A stretch of DNA of 64,000 nucleotides, taken from an uncultured Phycisphaerales bacterium. GTDB taxonomy: Bacteria > Planctomycetota > Phycisphaerae > Tepidisphaerales > Tepidisphaeraceae. A program made the translations under genes and the position numbers. The notes under the pieces are model-generated. The model had not been told where the DNA came from, searched no databases, and saw only the letters and a list, made by a program, of their open reading frames with translations. The stretch spans positions 2,688,001 through 2,752,000 of the forward strand of contig CAVWVQ010000003.1 in NCBI GenBank assembly GCA_963758525.1, read 5' to 3'. Below are positions 1 through 10,333 of this stretch, piece by piece. Within the stretch, counting starts at the first letter, position 1; the number at the start of each line of letters is the position of its first letter.

Positions 1-542
1 TCGCCGACGACGGAAGCTGATCGTGAACGCGGAGAGTTCTGAGAGACGTGACGCATAGGAATGACCTGTCCTGACGGCAGCCGGCCGCTGCCCGTTCTCC
101 CTTCTCAGTAACGCCGATCGCGCCGGACGGTTCAACCAATTGTTCCCAAGTCATGCCCAGCGATTCTGATGTAATGGAATGACGAGCGGGAAAACAGCGG
201 AAATACTGCGGTATTTCAATCAGGAAGCCACGGGTTGCGGGACGCCGGACCCCATCCCATCGGGGCACGTTGGGATCATCATCGCCGGCGCAGTGGGATC
301 GCTCTGGTGAATCCATTGTGAATCCCCGGGCTTTTTGGGACTTTCCAGATGGTCCCATTGGCTAAGAGAGACCACTCAAGCCAAAAATTGTTGCCGAAAC
401 ACACATTGTGATCGCGATGGATATTTAGAGGAGGCGGCGTGCAGTACGGTCGATGCGGCGATACGCCGCTTCAGACTGCCGAGCCGGTGGAGCAGGCATT
501 CGTTATCGAAGCGCCCGCAGCGCGCTGAGTGGGTGTCACATC

Positions 543-2620
543 ATGGCATGTAGATTTGTGGTGTTGAAACTATATTTTCTTCTTCCCGTCCTTTGTGGCG
601 GCATCGTCGCGTTTGCAGACCCTGCGCCAATGCCCCCATCAAGCAGCATCTCCGCAGCGGAACGTAGTGATCCGGCGATTCCGTTCGTCCATCCCGGCGG
701 GTTGCACAGCCAGCAGGATTTCGAGCGGATGAAGGCGAAAGTAGCGGCCGGCGAGCATCCCTGGATCGACAGTTGGAACGCGCTGATCGCACACCCGAAG
801 GCCCGCAATACTTACAGGGCGGCGCCGCTTGCCAACATGGGCGACTTCAGGCAGCGCGCGTCGGCTGACGCGGTCGCCGCCTATCTCAACACGCTGCGAT
901 GGCGCGTTTCGGGCGAGACTGCTTACGCGGACTGCGCGGTACGGATCTGCAACGACTGGTCCGCGCGCGTGAATACGATTTCCGGCGGAGGTCTGGTCGG
1001 CATTCCGATCTACGAATTTGCCGTGGCTGGCGAAACGCTACGGGATTATCCGGGTTGGGATCGCGCCGACTTGCGCACTTCAAGGCGATGATGGAGCAGT
1101 ATCTCTATCCCTCGTGCCACGAGTTTCTCGTGCATCATTCCGGGACGCCGGTGAGTCACTACTGGGCAAACTGGGATCTGTGCAACATGGACGGGATCCT
1201 CGCGATCGGTGTTTTGTGCGATGACCGCGCCAAGTTCGACGAGGCGATCGAGTATTTCAAGAATGGAGCGGGCAACGGCAGCATCAAACACGCGGTGCCG
1301 TTCCTCTATCCCGGCGGGCTGGGGCAGTGGCAGGAAACCGGGCGCGACCAGGAACACGCCCAACTCGGCATCGGGATGATGGGCACGTTCTGTCAGATCG
1401 CCTGGAACCAGGGACTGGATCTGTACGGGTACGACGACAATCGCTTTTTGGCCGCGGCGGAATACACCGCAGCGTACAACCTCTGGAAGCCCGTGCCGTT
1501 CACCTTCTACAACAACGCCGACAACGTGAATAACTATTGGCCGTCAGAAGAAACCTGGTGGGGGCGCGGGCGGCTGCAGCGCCCGATCTGGGAGATGATC
1601 TATAACCATTATGTCGTGCTCAAAGGGCTGGAAGCTCCTAACCTCAAAGCGATGGCAGAAGTCTACCGGCCGGAAGGCTTCGAACATGACGATAATTTCG
1701 GATTCGGGACGCTGACGTTTACGCTCAACGCCGCCGACTCACCGTATCCGCCGGCGCAGGCTCCGCCGGTTCCTCCTGGGCTGGTCGCGCAAGCGAGCAT
1801 CGGACGCGTGTGTCTCTCCTGGAAACCGTCGGAAACAGCTAACGGTTATATCGTGCAACGCGGAACCCAACGTGGAGGTCCCTACCAGACGATTGCGTCT
1901 TACATCGGAGCATATCCGGTCTATGACGACCAGAGCGTGACCAACGATACCACCTATTTCTACGTCGTCTCGGCGAAAAATCAGACCGGGTCCAGCGGTA
2001 ACTCGATTGCAGCAGAAGCAACACCTCGCAGCGCCGGCAAGCTTCCAGCGGACTGGCAGCAGACCGACATCGGAAAATGCAGCCGGCCGGGCGAGGCTGA
2101 ATATGCTGACGTCGGCAACCAGACGTTTGTGATCCGGGGCACGGGCGAGCACATCGGCGGCAAGGCCGACGGATTCTGCTTCGTTTGCAGAAAAGCAACC
2201 GGAAACATCACATTCAGTGCGCGACGGTCTGGCGTGAAGTTTTGCGGCGGGCAGTTGCAGAAAGTCGGCATCATGATCCGGGAATCTCTCGACCCGGGCA
2301 CAAAGACACTCGCCATGGTCTCCGGGGACTCCGGCTTCCGCGAGGCCAAATTCGCATCGCGCATCCTGGATGGAGATGACATGCATTGGCAGAACGGAAA
2401 TGCGTACACCGCCCCTGAGCAGCCAACGTGGTTTTGCCTGAAGCGGGTCGGCGACACCTTCACCGCATATCAGTCTATCAATGGAACAACCTGGTTTATG
2501 GTTGGCAAGCCACGGACCGTTCAAATGAATACCGATTGCTATATCGGGTTCGCAGTCGGTTCCAACAGTGATAAGGTTGTTGCAGCGAGCTTTGACAACG
2601 TAAATTTAAAACAGCAATGA
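543..2620 (+). CDS. Secreted alginate-lyase-family protein with Fn3 and C-terminal beta-sandwich domain; one frameshift near 1072
   Basis: Signal peptide, FVHPGGLHS, YWANWDLC and WQETGRDQEHAQLG motifs, Fn3 repeat (YFYVVSAKN). ORFs 453-1091 and 899-2620 join at DRADL/AHFKAMM. Confidence 0.75.
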
Positions 2621-2634
2621 CCAAGCTCATTAAA

Positions 2635-2874
2635 CTCTTCGCCTGAGAGCACTTTGACCACGAGCCGGTCGTCCTGTGCATGGCTAAGGCCACCACCGGC
2701 GGCTATGGCGCGCTGATCACCACGTCCAAAAGTGCAAAGATGATCAAAGAAGAGTTCGGTCTCTATGACCTGCTCGTGTCCGCCGAAGAAGACGTCCTCA
2801 TGCTCTTCCCGGCCCTGACCACCACACGCCAAACTGCCCAGCGCGGTCTCGACATCTTCGAAAAGTCCCTGTAG
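2635..2874 (+). pseudogene. C-terminal fragment of a class-III PLP aminotransferase
   Basis: LFA*EHFDHEPVVLCMAKATTGGYG resembles the PLP-lysine motif; in-frame stop, no N-terminus. Confidence 0.6.
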
Positions 2875-3113
2875 CCGCCCCAAAAATAAGTTATCCAGCC
2901 GTTTTTGCCGGCGCGACCGGCGTCACTGAACGATAAAAGCCCCGCTTGCAGACGGGCGGCAGCTTCAGAATCACACGCTCTCGCTGGGAGGCGGAAAAGA
3001 CGGAGCGGTTCTTTTGACGACGAGTGATGGTGATCCGGTTTGTACAGTCTCGATCCGGACTCGTTCCCGCTGATCTACGGCCCCGATGAGCAGCGTGACA
3101 GTGCAAGGCAGTC

Positions 3114-3299
3114 ATGATTAGGAATAATTCAATCCTGGTCGTTATGGTGATGATGCTGGGCCTGTGTCGCGCCAGCACGGCTGCGGAATTTTTGCATCCT
3201 GGGATTACGCTCTCGAAGGCGGATCTCGAGGCGCTCAAGGCCAATCTGAATACGGAGCCATGGAAGTCGGCGCTGCGGCGATCGGCCAGAGTCATGTGA
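3114..3299 (+). pseudogene. N-terminal stub of a secreted lyase-like protein
   Basis: Signal peptide then EFLHPGITLSKADLEALKANLNTEPWKSA, similar to the FVHPG N-terminus at 543; truncated. Confidence 0.55.
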
Positions 3300-3772
3300 T
3301 GACGCGCGACCAGATCATTCGCTATCTGGCCAATTGCGTGGTGCGAAACATGGTATTGCTGGTGAACGTCACTCCCGACCGTCACGGGGTAATTCCGGAA
3401 CTGGAACAGCAACGGCTGCGGGAAGTGGGCGTTTGGCTGGCGAAGGCAGGCAAGGCCGTCTACGGCACGCGCGGCGGTCCGTGGGAACCGGTCGACAGAC
3501 AGTACGGCTGCTGCTACAGCGGAAACACCGTCTACCTCCACCTGCTAAAAGCTTATAGCGGCGACGCATTGCGCGTGCCGCCACTGGGTGATTTGCGCGT
3601 CGTCAAAACATACAGCGTCATCGGCGGCAAGAGTCTGAATTTTGCAGCCGATGACAAAGGAGGCATGGTAGTCCGCGGCATCGATCGGATCGTTTCTCCG
3701 GTCGACACGATCGTCGGCGTGCAATTCAGCGGTGAGGGCAAAAGCGTCTGGGCGGCCGTAGCTGAGAGGTGA
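3299..3772 (+). pseudogene. C-terminal fragment of GH29 alpha-L-fucosidase
   Basis: LLVNVTPDRHGVIPELEQQRLREVGVWL..GKAVYGTRGGPW is a typical GH29 C-terminal segment. Confidence 0.7.
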
Positions 3773-3829
3773 CGATGAGACAGGTGACGAATGACAGTCG
3801 GCGTCGCGCTGATCGTCACGATCCGCGGC

Positions 3830-4029
3830 CCTCCCTCTACGTCAATGGCGAAGCGGCCGGAGAAAACACCCACATGGCGTTTTCCCCCATTTGCCTCGGT
3901 CCCACCACGGAGAACTGCACCGGCAAATCCCAATTTGTCCGAGACCCATATTTGAACGGCAAGGTGGACGACTTCCGCATCTATCGAGGGCCGCTGTCTG
4001 CCGGCGAGGTGAAATCGCTTGCGACATGA
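3830..4029 (+). pseudogene. LamG-like jelly-roll domain fragment
   Basis: LYVNGE...GKSQF..DPYLNGKVDDFRIYRGPLSAGEVKSLA. Confidence 0.7.
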
Positions 4030-4585
4030 GCAGCGCCTGCGTGAGCGCCAAGAACAGGCCTACCGGGACGCGTTTCCCCGGTGGCTGATTCAGCCCGTTG
4101 CAGCTCCGCGGCGTCTGCTTGAGGCCCTCGAAGATGCGATCCGACGGGTGCGGTTTGACGGGCCGAGCTTTAACTCTGCCGACCGCGATCTGCTCCGCGC
4201 CGTCAAGCAGGGGCGATTCGGTTCCCTGTTCGCCGAACTGCCGCTCATTGGACGGGATCGCCAGCCTCCAGCGGTGAAGCTGATATACAAGCTTGGTCTG
4301 CAGCTTTACGGGCTGATGCCGGAGTCGGTGTTGTCCGACTTACTGATCGACAACGACGTGCGTGTGGTTCTCCAGCGAGATTACCTCGTCGCCGTCTGTT
4401 CCACGCTCGCGCATCGCTACCTACAGACGGGCAGGGCATACTATTCGCCGTACCGTCCGGTCCTTGAACTGGACGGCATCCGCAAGTTTGTGGCGTTCAC
4501 CCGGAACGCTATCCGCCAGGTGTATAACTTGTGCGTTCCGCAGTGGCGGACGTACATTGGTCACGAGGACGCTTTCGAAGGGTAA
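4019..4585 (+). CDS. Hypothetical protein, possibly truncated
   Basis: 188-aa ORF with protein-like composition, preserved in both repeat copies. Confidence 0.4.
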   Translation: MRHEQRLRERQEQAYRDAFPRWLIQPVAAPRRLLEALEDAIRRVRFDGPSFNSADRDLLRAVKQGRFGSLFAELPLIGRDRQPPAVKLIYKLGLQLYGLMPESVLSDLLIDNDVRVVLQRDYLVAVCSTLAHRYLQTGRAYYSPYRPVLELDGIRKFVAFTRNAIRQVYNLCVPQWRTYIGHEDAFEG

Positions 4586-4676
4586 ACGACGTCTGTGTAG
4601 TGCCGCGCGCCGCGGCGACTCCAGGCTCGCTTTGACGAAGAGTTCGTTCATCGTCCTGTGAAATGAGCCTTGATGG

Positions 4677-5705
4677 TCAGCGAGGCCGCCCGGTGGCTCT
4701 GCGCTCGTCTGGGGAGGGTACGACGAACGCGCGCATTTGCGTCTCCTTGTCGGCCAGATAGCGATCCGGGGCGAGCTGAATCTGATCGTCCACCGTCAGC
4801 CTGCCGTCGATAAAGCCGCCAACAGCGTCGAACTCATAGGGAATGTGGAACCGAGCCGGGTCGGTGGGGTCGGGTTGGCCGGCGAACAGTCTGAGCTGAC
4901 CCGCGTAGTCCACCGTCACGTTGCCTTTTTGTTGCCCGCTGTTAGTGATCAAGGTCGCGCCGGCGTTCAGGAACAGGGAACAGTCGCTCAGGACGGCCAA
5001 ATCGGCGTCAGACGTTGCCGGCTTCAGCGCTACACCCACGAGTTGCCGATTGGTCCGCAACGCGTAATTGCAAAAGAGACTATCATCCGAACCGTACTTG
5101 TTAATCGAGCTGTGAACGAGCTCAGAACAATTCTGCGAGCACGAGACGTAGACGACTACCAGCCGCACCCCAGCGGCCGTGCGACACTGGTGCAGGACCA
5201 GCATCGTCGTATGCGGCTGATTGAACAGCGGGCCGGAATGAAATAGCGTGTCGGGCACCGTGACGGTGGTCGGCATGCTCGCGGTGAACGGCGGCGCCAG
5301 CGCGCCAACCGGTACCGACACCATCTCCTTTGGCCGGTTGATCGTGTCAAATTGGCAAATCTGGTTCACCGGCCCCGCGGCCATGAGGCGCCCGATTCCA
5401 TCGGGGTCCTCCGCGTACAACAGCGTCCCCGGCGGGGCGAGGTAATCCATGCACTGCTGCTGGGCCGGCAGATACGCCGCTCGAACGATCGCGCGTTGCG
5501 CTTGCACCTTTCGCTCGGCCTGCCGCCGCTGGAAATCCGCCCACTGCTGGCGAGCACAACCGTTAAGGCCGGGGCCGACAACATAGACGCCCAGCATGAC
5601 CGTGTTGATCAGGGTGAGCAGGAGCATTAGCCGAAACGATCGCCGGCTGACGCCGGACGTCGACGGTGCGTACTGGATCGGCGTGGACGTGTGACGCTCG
5701 CTCAC
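4677..5705 (-). CDS. Membrane-anchored hypothetical protein
   Basis: 342 aa with N-terminal TM helix; start overlaps the upstream stop; C-terminal LFAGQPDPTDPARFHIPY motif. Confidence 0.7.
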   Translation of the reverse strand: MSERHTSTPIQYAPSTSGVSRRSFRLMLLLTLINTVMLGVYVVGPGLNGCARQQWADFQRRQAERKVQAQRAIVRAAYLPAQQQCMDYLAPPGTLLYAEDPDGIGRLMAAGPVNQICQFDTINRPKEMVSVPVGALAPPFTASMPTTVTVPDTLFHSGPLFNQPHTTMLVLHQCRTAAGVRLVVVYVSCSQNCSELVHSSINKYGSDDSLFCNYALRTNRQLVGVALKPATSDADLAVLSDCSLFLNAGATLITNSGQQKGNVTVDYAGQLRLFAGQPDPTDPARFHIPYEFDAVGGFIDGRLTVDDQIQLAPDRYLADKETQMRAFVVPSPDERRATGRPR

Positions 5706-6271
5706 TTTCCATCTCCCGCGGGGGGCGACTTGGGATCATAGGCGCCGCTCCGTGGGGTCGTGTGCGGATTTGCCTCGTGGTAGGCCTTGGGACTGACGCT
5801 CACGATCAGCGGCGTGCCGTGGTACTGGCCCAGTTTGATCTTTTCTTCGATTTCACGCATTCCACTGCGGGCGTCGAGGCGCACAAGCTCCCCAAGCTTC
5901 GCGTCCTCCGGCACGCTAAATGCCTGGAGCTTACTCAGATTGACCAGGTCGATGTGAAACGTGCACTGCCCTCGGTCCACCAGCGCCACCACCGTTATGA
6001 CGATCGTCTGCGCACCGTCGCTGGCCGACGGATACTTGCAGCCGCTGGTCGTGGGGCTGTTGGTGTCTTTGCCGGTTTGAAGGGTCACAAAGCCGTCGGG
6101 CGTTCCTTTCGGCAGCTCGATCCGGAACCGTTGCACGAGACAGGAATTGTCGCTCACGAGCGGCACCTCTGCCGTGAACTGGATCGGCTGAGTCGTCGCA
6201 GCCTGTCCTCCGGCAAATGCGTGTCCGGCGAAGAAAAGGCCGAGCAGGAGGGAAATGAAACGATGACGAAT
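5702..6271 (-). CDS. Exported hypothetical protein (apparent ATT start)
   Basis: Frame of ORF 5702-6166 extends upstream through a signal peptide (FISLLLGLFFAGHAFA-GGQAATTQP) to GAGGAG-N6-ATT. Confidence 0.55.
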   Translation of the reverse strand: MRHRFISLLLGLFFAGHAFAGGQAATTQPIQFTAEVPLVSDNSCLVQRFRIELPKGTPDGFVTLQTGKDTNSPTTSGCKYPSASDGAQTIVITVVALVDRGQCTFHIDLVNLSKLQAFSVPEDAKLGELVRLDARSGMREIEEKIKLGQYHGTPLIVSVSPKAYHEANPHTTPRSGAYDPKSPPAGDGK

Positions 6272-6377
6272 ACTTTGCTCCTCGCAGAGGGACTGACCGT
6301 CAGAATCGCTTCATCACGCATATCATCCGGCTCTTTCAGACGCCAGCAACCCCCTCAGCCGCTCAGCCGCCGTCGAA

Positions 6378-6854
6378 TTAACGATACGTTTCCGTGAGAT
6401 GGCCGTTATCAGTCTGTGGCTCCGAAACACTGGCCGACTGGAAGCGCCATGCACTCATTTGCGAAATCAACGTCCATACTCCGCTGATCAGCAGTAGAGC
6501 GGGCGCGGAGGCGATCAAGGAGAGATGGTGATCAATGAACCAGTGAGATAGTTCTATGATGAACGAAGCAGTTCCGACGAGGCAGACGATCATGGCCAGC
6601 CGCCTGACCAGGGGCGGAGATTTCAGGAAGGCGTACAACACCGCGCCAGCGGCATAGGCGACGAGGTAAGCAAGGACCTGAGCGAGTGAGTATTCGCTGT
6701 GGTACTCGTAGCCCCATCCATTGCTGTATCCATACGAAAAAAAGGTCCAACTGAGATCCGAACGACCCAACGGGGCCGTGATGAGAGTAAACGCTGTGCA
6801 GGCCAGCAACAGGGCAACGAGGTGCAGGATAATGAAGATGGACCACCTTGTCAT
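6378..6854 (-). CDS. Integral membrane protein (about 4 TM)
   Basis: Four hydrophobic segments; GAGG RBS before ATG. Confidence 0.7.
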   Translation of the reverse strand: MTRWSIFIILHLVALLLACTAFTLITAPLGRSDLSWTFFSYGYSNGWGYEYHSEYSLAQVLAYLVAYAAGAVLYAFLKSPPLVRRLAMIVCLVGTASFIIELSHWFIDHHLSLIASAPALLLISGVWTLISQMSAWRFQSASVSEPQTDNGHLTETYR

Positions 6855-7358
6855 AACAGCCTCACATCGCCTCGCAGGCTGCTATCGCGAGCGGGTGCGG
6901 AAGGATAAACTGCAATTCTTTGGCGACTGCGAGCCTTGCAACAGCTCGCGGGCTATTTACACAAATGCTTCTTTTGATGCGATGAATCGAACGTAGGGAG
7001 GCCGGGCGAAGTTCCACCACACCAATCCAAAAACCAGTTTTTGATACTGTGGGCGGCCAAGAAGGGCCACGAGCTAATCTTGGCTTTTGAAGCGGGGCCG
7101 CTTTGATGGATGCAATGGGCGCGGCGGTTAGGTTCATTGGTGGCGCGGTGGATACGCCGCGAACCAATGCGCCGCTGTTCCAATCGCTCGGCTTCGCGTG
7201 CTCTTCGGCACGTCGCGCTAGATCGTAGGGTACAGAGTTGGAAACCGTGTCCAGCGGCCGCTGAAAAATACGGCGGATTCCACCTGTTTCGGAGTAAGTA
7301 TTGGCGATGGAGTGCAGGCGACGGCGATGAAGTGATTGCCGCCCTCCTGGACGCCCAA

Positions 7359-7880
7359 TCACCTGGTTGCGCCCATCCCGAATTGGTCGAAGAAGGCTGC
7401 ATATGCGACTTTAATCATGTCGTACAGCGGGGCACAATCGAGGGATCGTTGATTCGCAAAGTACAGGGCGGCATACGGGCACTCATCTGCAGCTGGCAGC
7501 GCAAATGCTTCGGGGGGGATCGAGTTTAAAACTTGCTCATTGCATATGGATTCAAGTGCAGCACGATCATCCGTTGCGTCGAGCCCAGACATGAAGACAG
7601 CGAAAGCATGAAGGGGCGGCTGCTCTTCATCTTCGGCTTGGGACAGGCGCATGTAACCAGCCGTATCTCCGCACCTGAAAAACGTGGCGGCGAGCCAACC
7701 ATCGGCGACGATCCTAAACGTTCCGTGTTCGAGCAAAGCCGACTTCATTTCCACGTACACTTCTTCGAGCTTGTCTGCGCTGCAGGCTGTCGCTCGCGGA
7801 TCGACAATTCTTCGGCAGCCCGGAGGATAAAAGAGCTTTCCGTGAAAATGAAATACCATGCTATACGCACATCGTGCCAT
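7359..7880 (-). CDS. Hypothetical protein
   Basis: 173-aa ORF kept open in both copies. Confidence 0.5.
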   Translation of the reverse strand: MARCAYSMVFHFHGKLFYPPGCRRIVDPRATACSADKLEEVYVEMKSALLEHGTFRIVADGWLAATFFRCGDTAGYMRLSQAEDEEQPPLHAFAVFMSGLDATDDRAALESICNEQVLNSIPPEAFALPAADECPYAALYFANQRSLDCAPLYDMIKVAYAAFFDQFGMGATR

Positions 7881-8020
7881 GCTTGACGACTGTTTTCGAG
7901 CTTTCAGCAGTTCCGCAGAGTTGAATTGACGTCAAAGCACGCATATTCGACCGCACGGCATTTAACAGATGCAAAACTAATCCTGATTCCCGCCGGGCCG
8001 TTTCGACGTAGACTCCATGC

Positions 8021-8275
8021 ATGCGATCCGATGAGGTATCAGCCTGGCAAGCGCAGAAAATCTCCTCGTGGCTCACGCCAACCCTCGTGAGGCTGGTCAA
8101 GCTGCACGCCCGCATGGTCGTGAATGACTTCTCCGATAGCGATCCGTTGATGGCGAAAGTGGTAGCGGCCAAAGAGGCCGTGCGCGAATTGCAAGTGCAG
8201 TTGCATGATTTGGAAGCGAAGCGGCAACGGTCAGAAGAAGCGCCGACATGGTTGAAGGCGCGTGGCGTTGATTAA
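8021..8275 (+). CDS. Small helical hypothetical protein (family shared with 44318-44539)
   Basis: QA..I...L..L..RM....F...DPL......A..AV..L.V.LH pattern. Confidence 0.6.
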   Translation: MRSDEVSAWQAQKISSWLTPTLVRLVKLHARMVVNDFSDSDPLMAKVVAAKEAVRELQVQLHDLEAKRQRSEEAPTWLKARGVD

Positions 8276-8302
8276 TCTGGTTCCATCGAACGACAACGGA
8301 GA

Positions 8303-9480
8303 GTGCTGATGCGCCGCTCGCGTTTCTATGCCGGCATACTCATGGTGCTGTTGACGGCTGCTGGCATCACATCAGCGGACACCCTCAAGGTCGGGCCGGG
8401 CGAGAAGTTCGCCAAGCCTTCGCAGGCGTTTGCCGCCGCCGCGGAAGGCGATGTCATTGAAATCGCGGCCGGCGAATACAGGGGTGACGTCGCCATCATT
8501 CAAACTAATAAGCTTCTGATTCGTGGGATGGGCAGACAACCCGTGAAAATCCCCGCCGATGGCAAGAACGCTGGCGGCAAGGCCATCTGGATCGCCGCCG
8601 GTGGTGACATCACCGTCGAAAACATTGAGTTTTCCGGTGCCCGCGTCCCTGACCGCAATGGCTCAGGTATTCGGGCGGAAGGCCTCAATCTCACCCTGCG
8701 CAACTGCCGATTCTACGATTGCGAGAATGGCCTGCTCGGCGGCAACGGCGAGATGCTCATTGAAGGCTGCGAATTTGCGCGTTGTGGCCCCGTCGCACAG
8801 CCGGCAACCCATTCGCTCTATATCGGCGAGAAATGCACCAAGCTGGTCTTCCAGTACAACTACTCCACCGACGCGATCGAGGGTCATCTGCTGAAGAGCC
8901 GGGCTCAGGAAAACTGGATCCTCTACAACCGTCTGACTGACGAAAACGGCACCGGCAGCGCTGTGGCCGACTTTCCCAACGGGGGTTACGTCGTCATGGT
9001 CGGCAATATCCTCCAGAAGGGGGCAAACGCTCAGAACACGCGCGTGATCGCTTACGGCATGGAGGGGATCAAGTACAAGCGGAACGCTCTATTCGTGGTG
9101 AACAATACCATGGTTTACGAGAACCGGCGCGCGGCGCGTTCTTCGTCAACGTGCAGCATGTGGCGGGGGATTTTGTGCCGGTGATTCGCAACAATCTCTG
9201 CGTCGGCAGGATCCCGCTGACCAACAGCCCCAAGCCGGACGCCGGCGGCAACCTATTGCTAAAGTCTCTCGATGAAGCCGGCTTTGTGTCCCCACGCGGG
9301 TACGACTACCACCTCAAGCACGGCTCGCCCGCGATCGACAGGGCCATCGACCCTGGCAAGGCCGACAATTTCGACCTGACGCCAGCGTTCCAATACCTTC
9401 ACCCCTGCGCCAGCGAGAAGCGTGCGACGGCCGGCCCGCTCGATATTGGGGCATTTGAGTTCGGGAGGAAAGAACCTTAA
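8303..9480 (+). CDS. Secreted right-handed parallel beta-helix protein; frameshift near 9130
   Basis: Signal peptide, ITVENIEFSGARVPDRNGSGIR, GHLLKSRA, C-terminal DYHLKHGSPAID...DIGAFE. Confidence 0.8.
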
Positions 9481-9712
9481 AAAAAATGCTTCCCCATCCC
9501 ACGGAGGCGAAACATGCCTGATGCACGAGTTTCTTCAAAGTCTTGGAGCCGCGGCGTTCGACCGCGCTGCCGGCTGGCGCTGCCGCGGCTGTTGCCAGCC
9601 CGAGATCGATCAACGGCTCGACAGCAATTCACATGACCGTCGCGCACTTCGTGGCCGGGCTCGTGGAAACAATCGAGCGGGCATTGCTGTGTTTTGTGTG
9701 CGAGCCGGCGAC

Positions 9713-10290
9713 TTAGAGCGGCTTGCGGCTCTTCGTAGCGTAGCCGCAATGTGCGAAGAAAGCCGTGGCGTCGGCCGGGCTCACCGCTGGCAGCGCCTCG
9801 GCGATCCCTTGGAGCAACCCCGGAACTGTCCGCTTGGCCAGCTTCCGCAAATGTTTTTTACCTTCGAGATTGCGTTCTCGATCGGATTGAAATCCGGTGA
9901 ATACGGTGGCAGCCGCAACACGCGGCAGCCTGCCTTCTCGATCAATTCGTCAACCCGCCGGTCGTTATGTGCGGCAAGATTGTCCAGCACCACGACCCGA
10001 CCCTTGCGCAGGACCGGGATTAATTCGTTGCCGAGAAACTCAACGAACTTCGCGGCAGTGGTGCCACCATCAAAACTGGTCGACGCGATGATGCCTTTGG
10101 TCGACAAGGCCGCGATGGTGCTGATGGTTTTAAAATGACTGTGGGGAACGCTGTCGACCACTCGCGCACCCGGTGCCGCGCGACCGTGCGTCCGCTGCAT
10201 CTTGGTATTGGCACCGAATTCGTCGAGAAAAACCAAACCGATGATTCGCGTGCCGGCGAACCGGCCGAACCAGGCGGCTGCGATTCTCGG
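9713..10290 (-). mobile_element. IS630-family transposase remnant (DDE domain, N-terminus missing, frameshift in A-run near 9855)
   Basis: LVFLDE, VVVLDNLAAH, LPPYSPDFNPIE motifs; C-terminus FFAHCGYATKSRKPL* in the second frame. Confidence 0.88.
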
Positions 10291-10333
10291 CGATGTCACC
10301 ACGGTAAACAGTTACTCCCAGACTAATGGCCGC

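Larger units (their letters stand above)
2862..8353 (+). repeat. ~5.5 kb direct repeat, copy 1
   Basis: Near-identical to 22727-28209 from AAAGTCCCTGTAGCC to CATGGTGCTGTTG; same ORF set. Confidence 0.97.
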
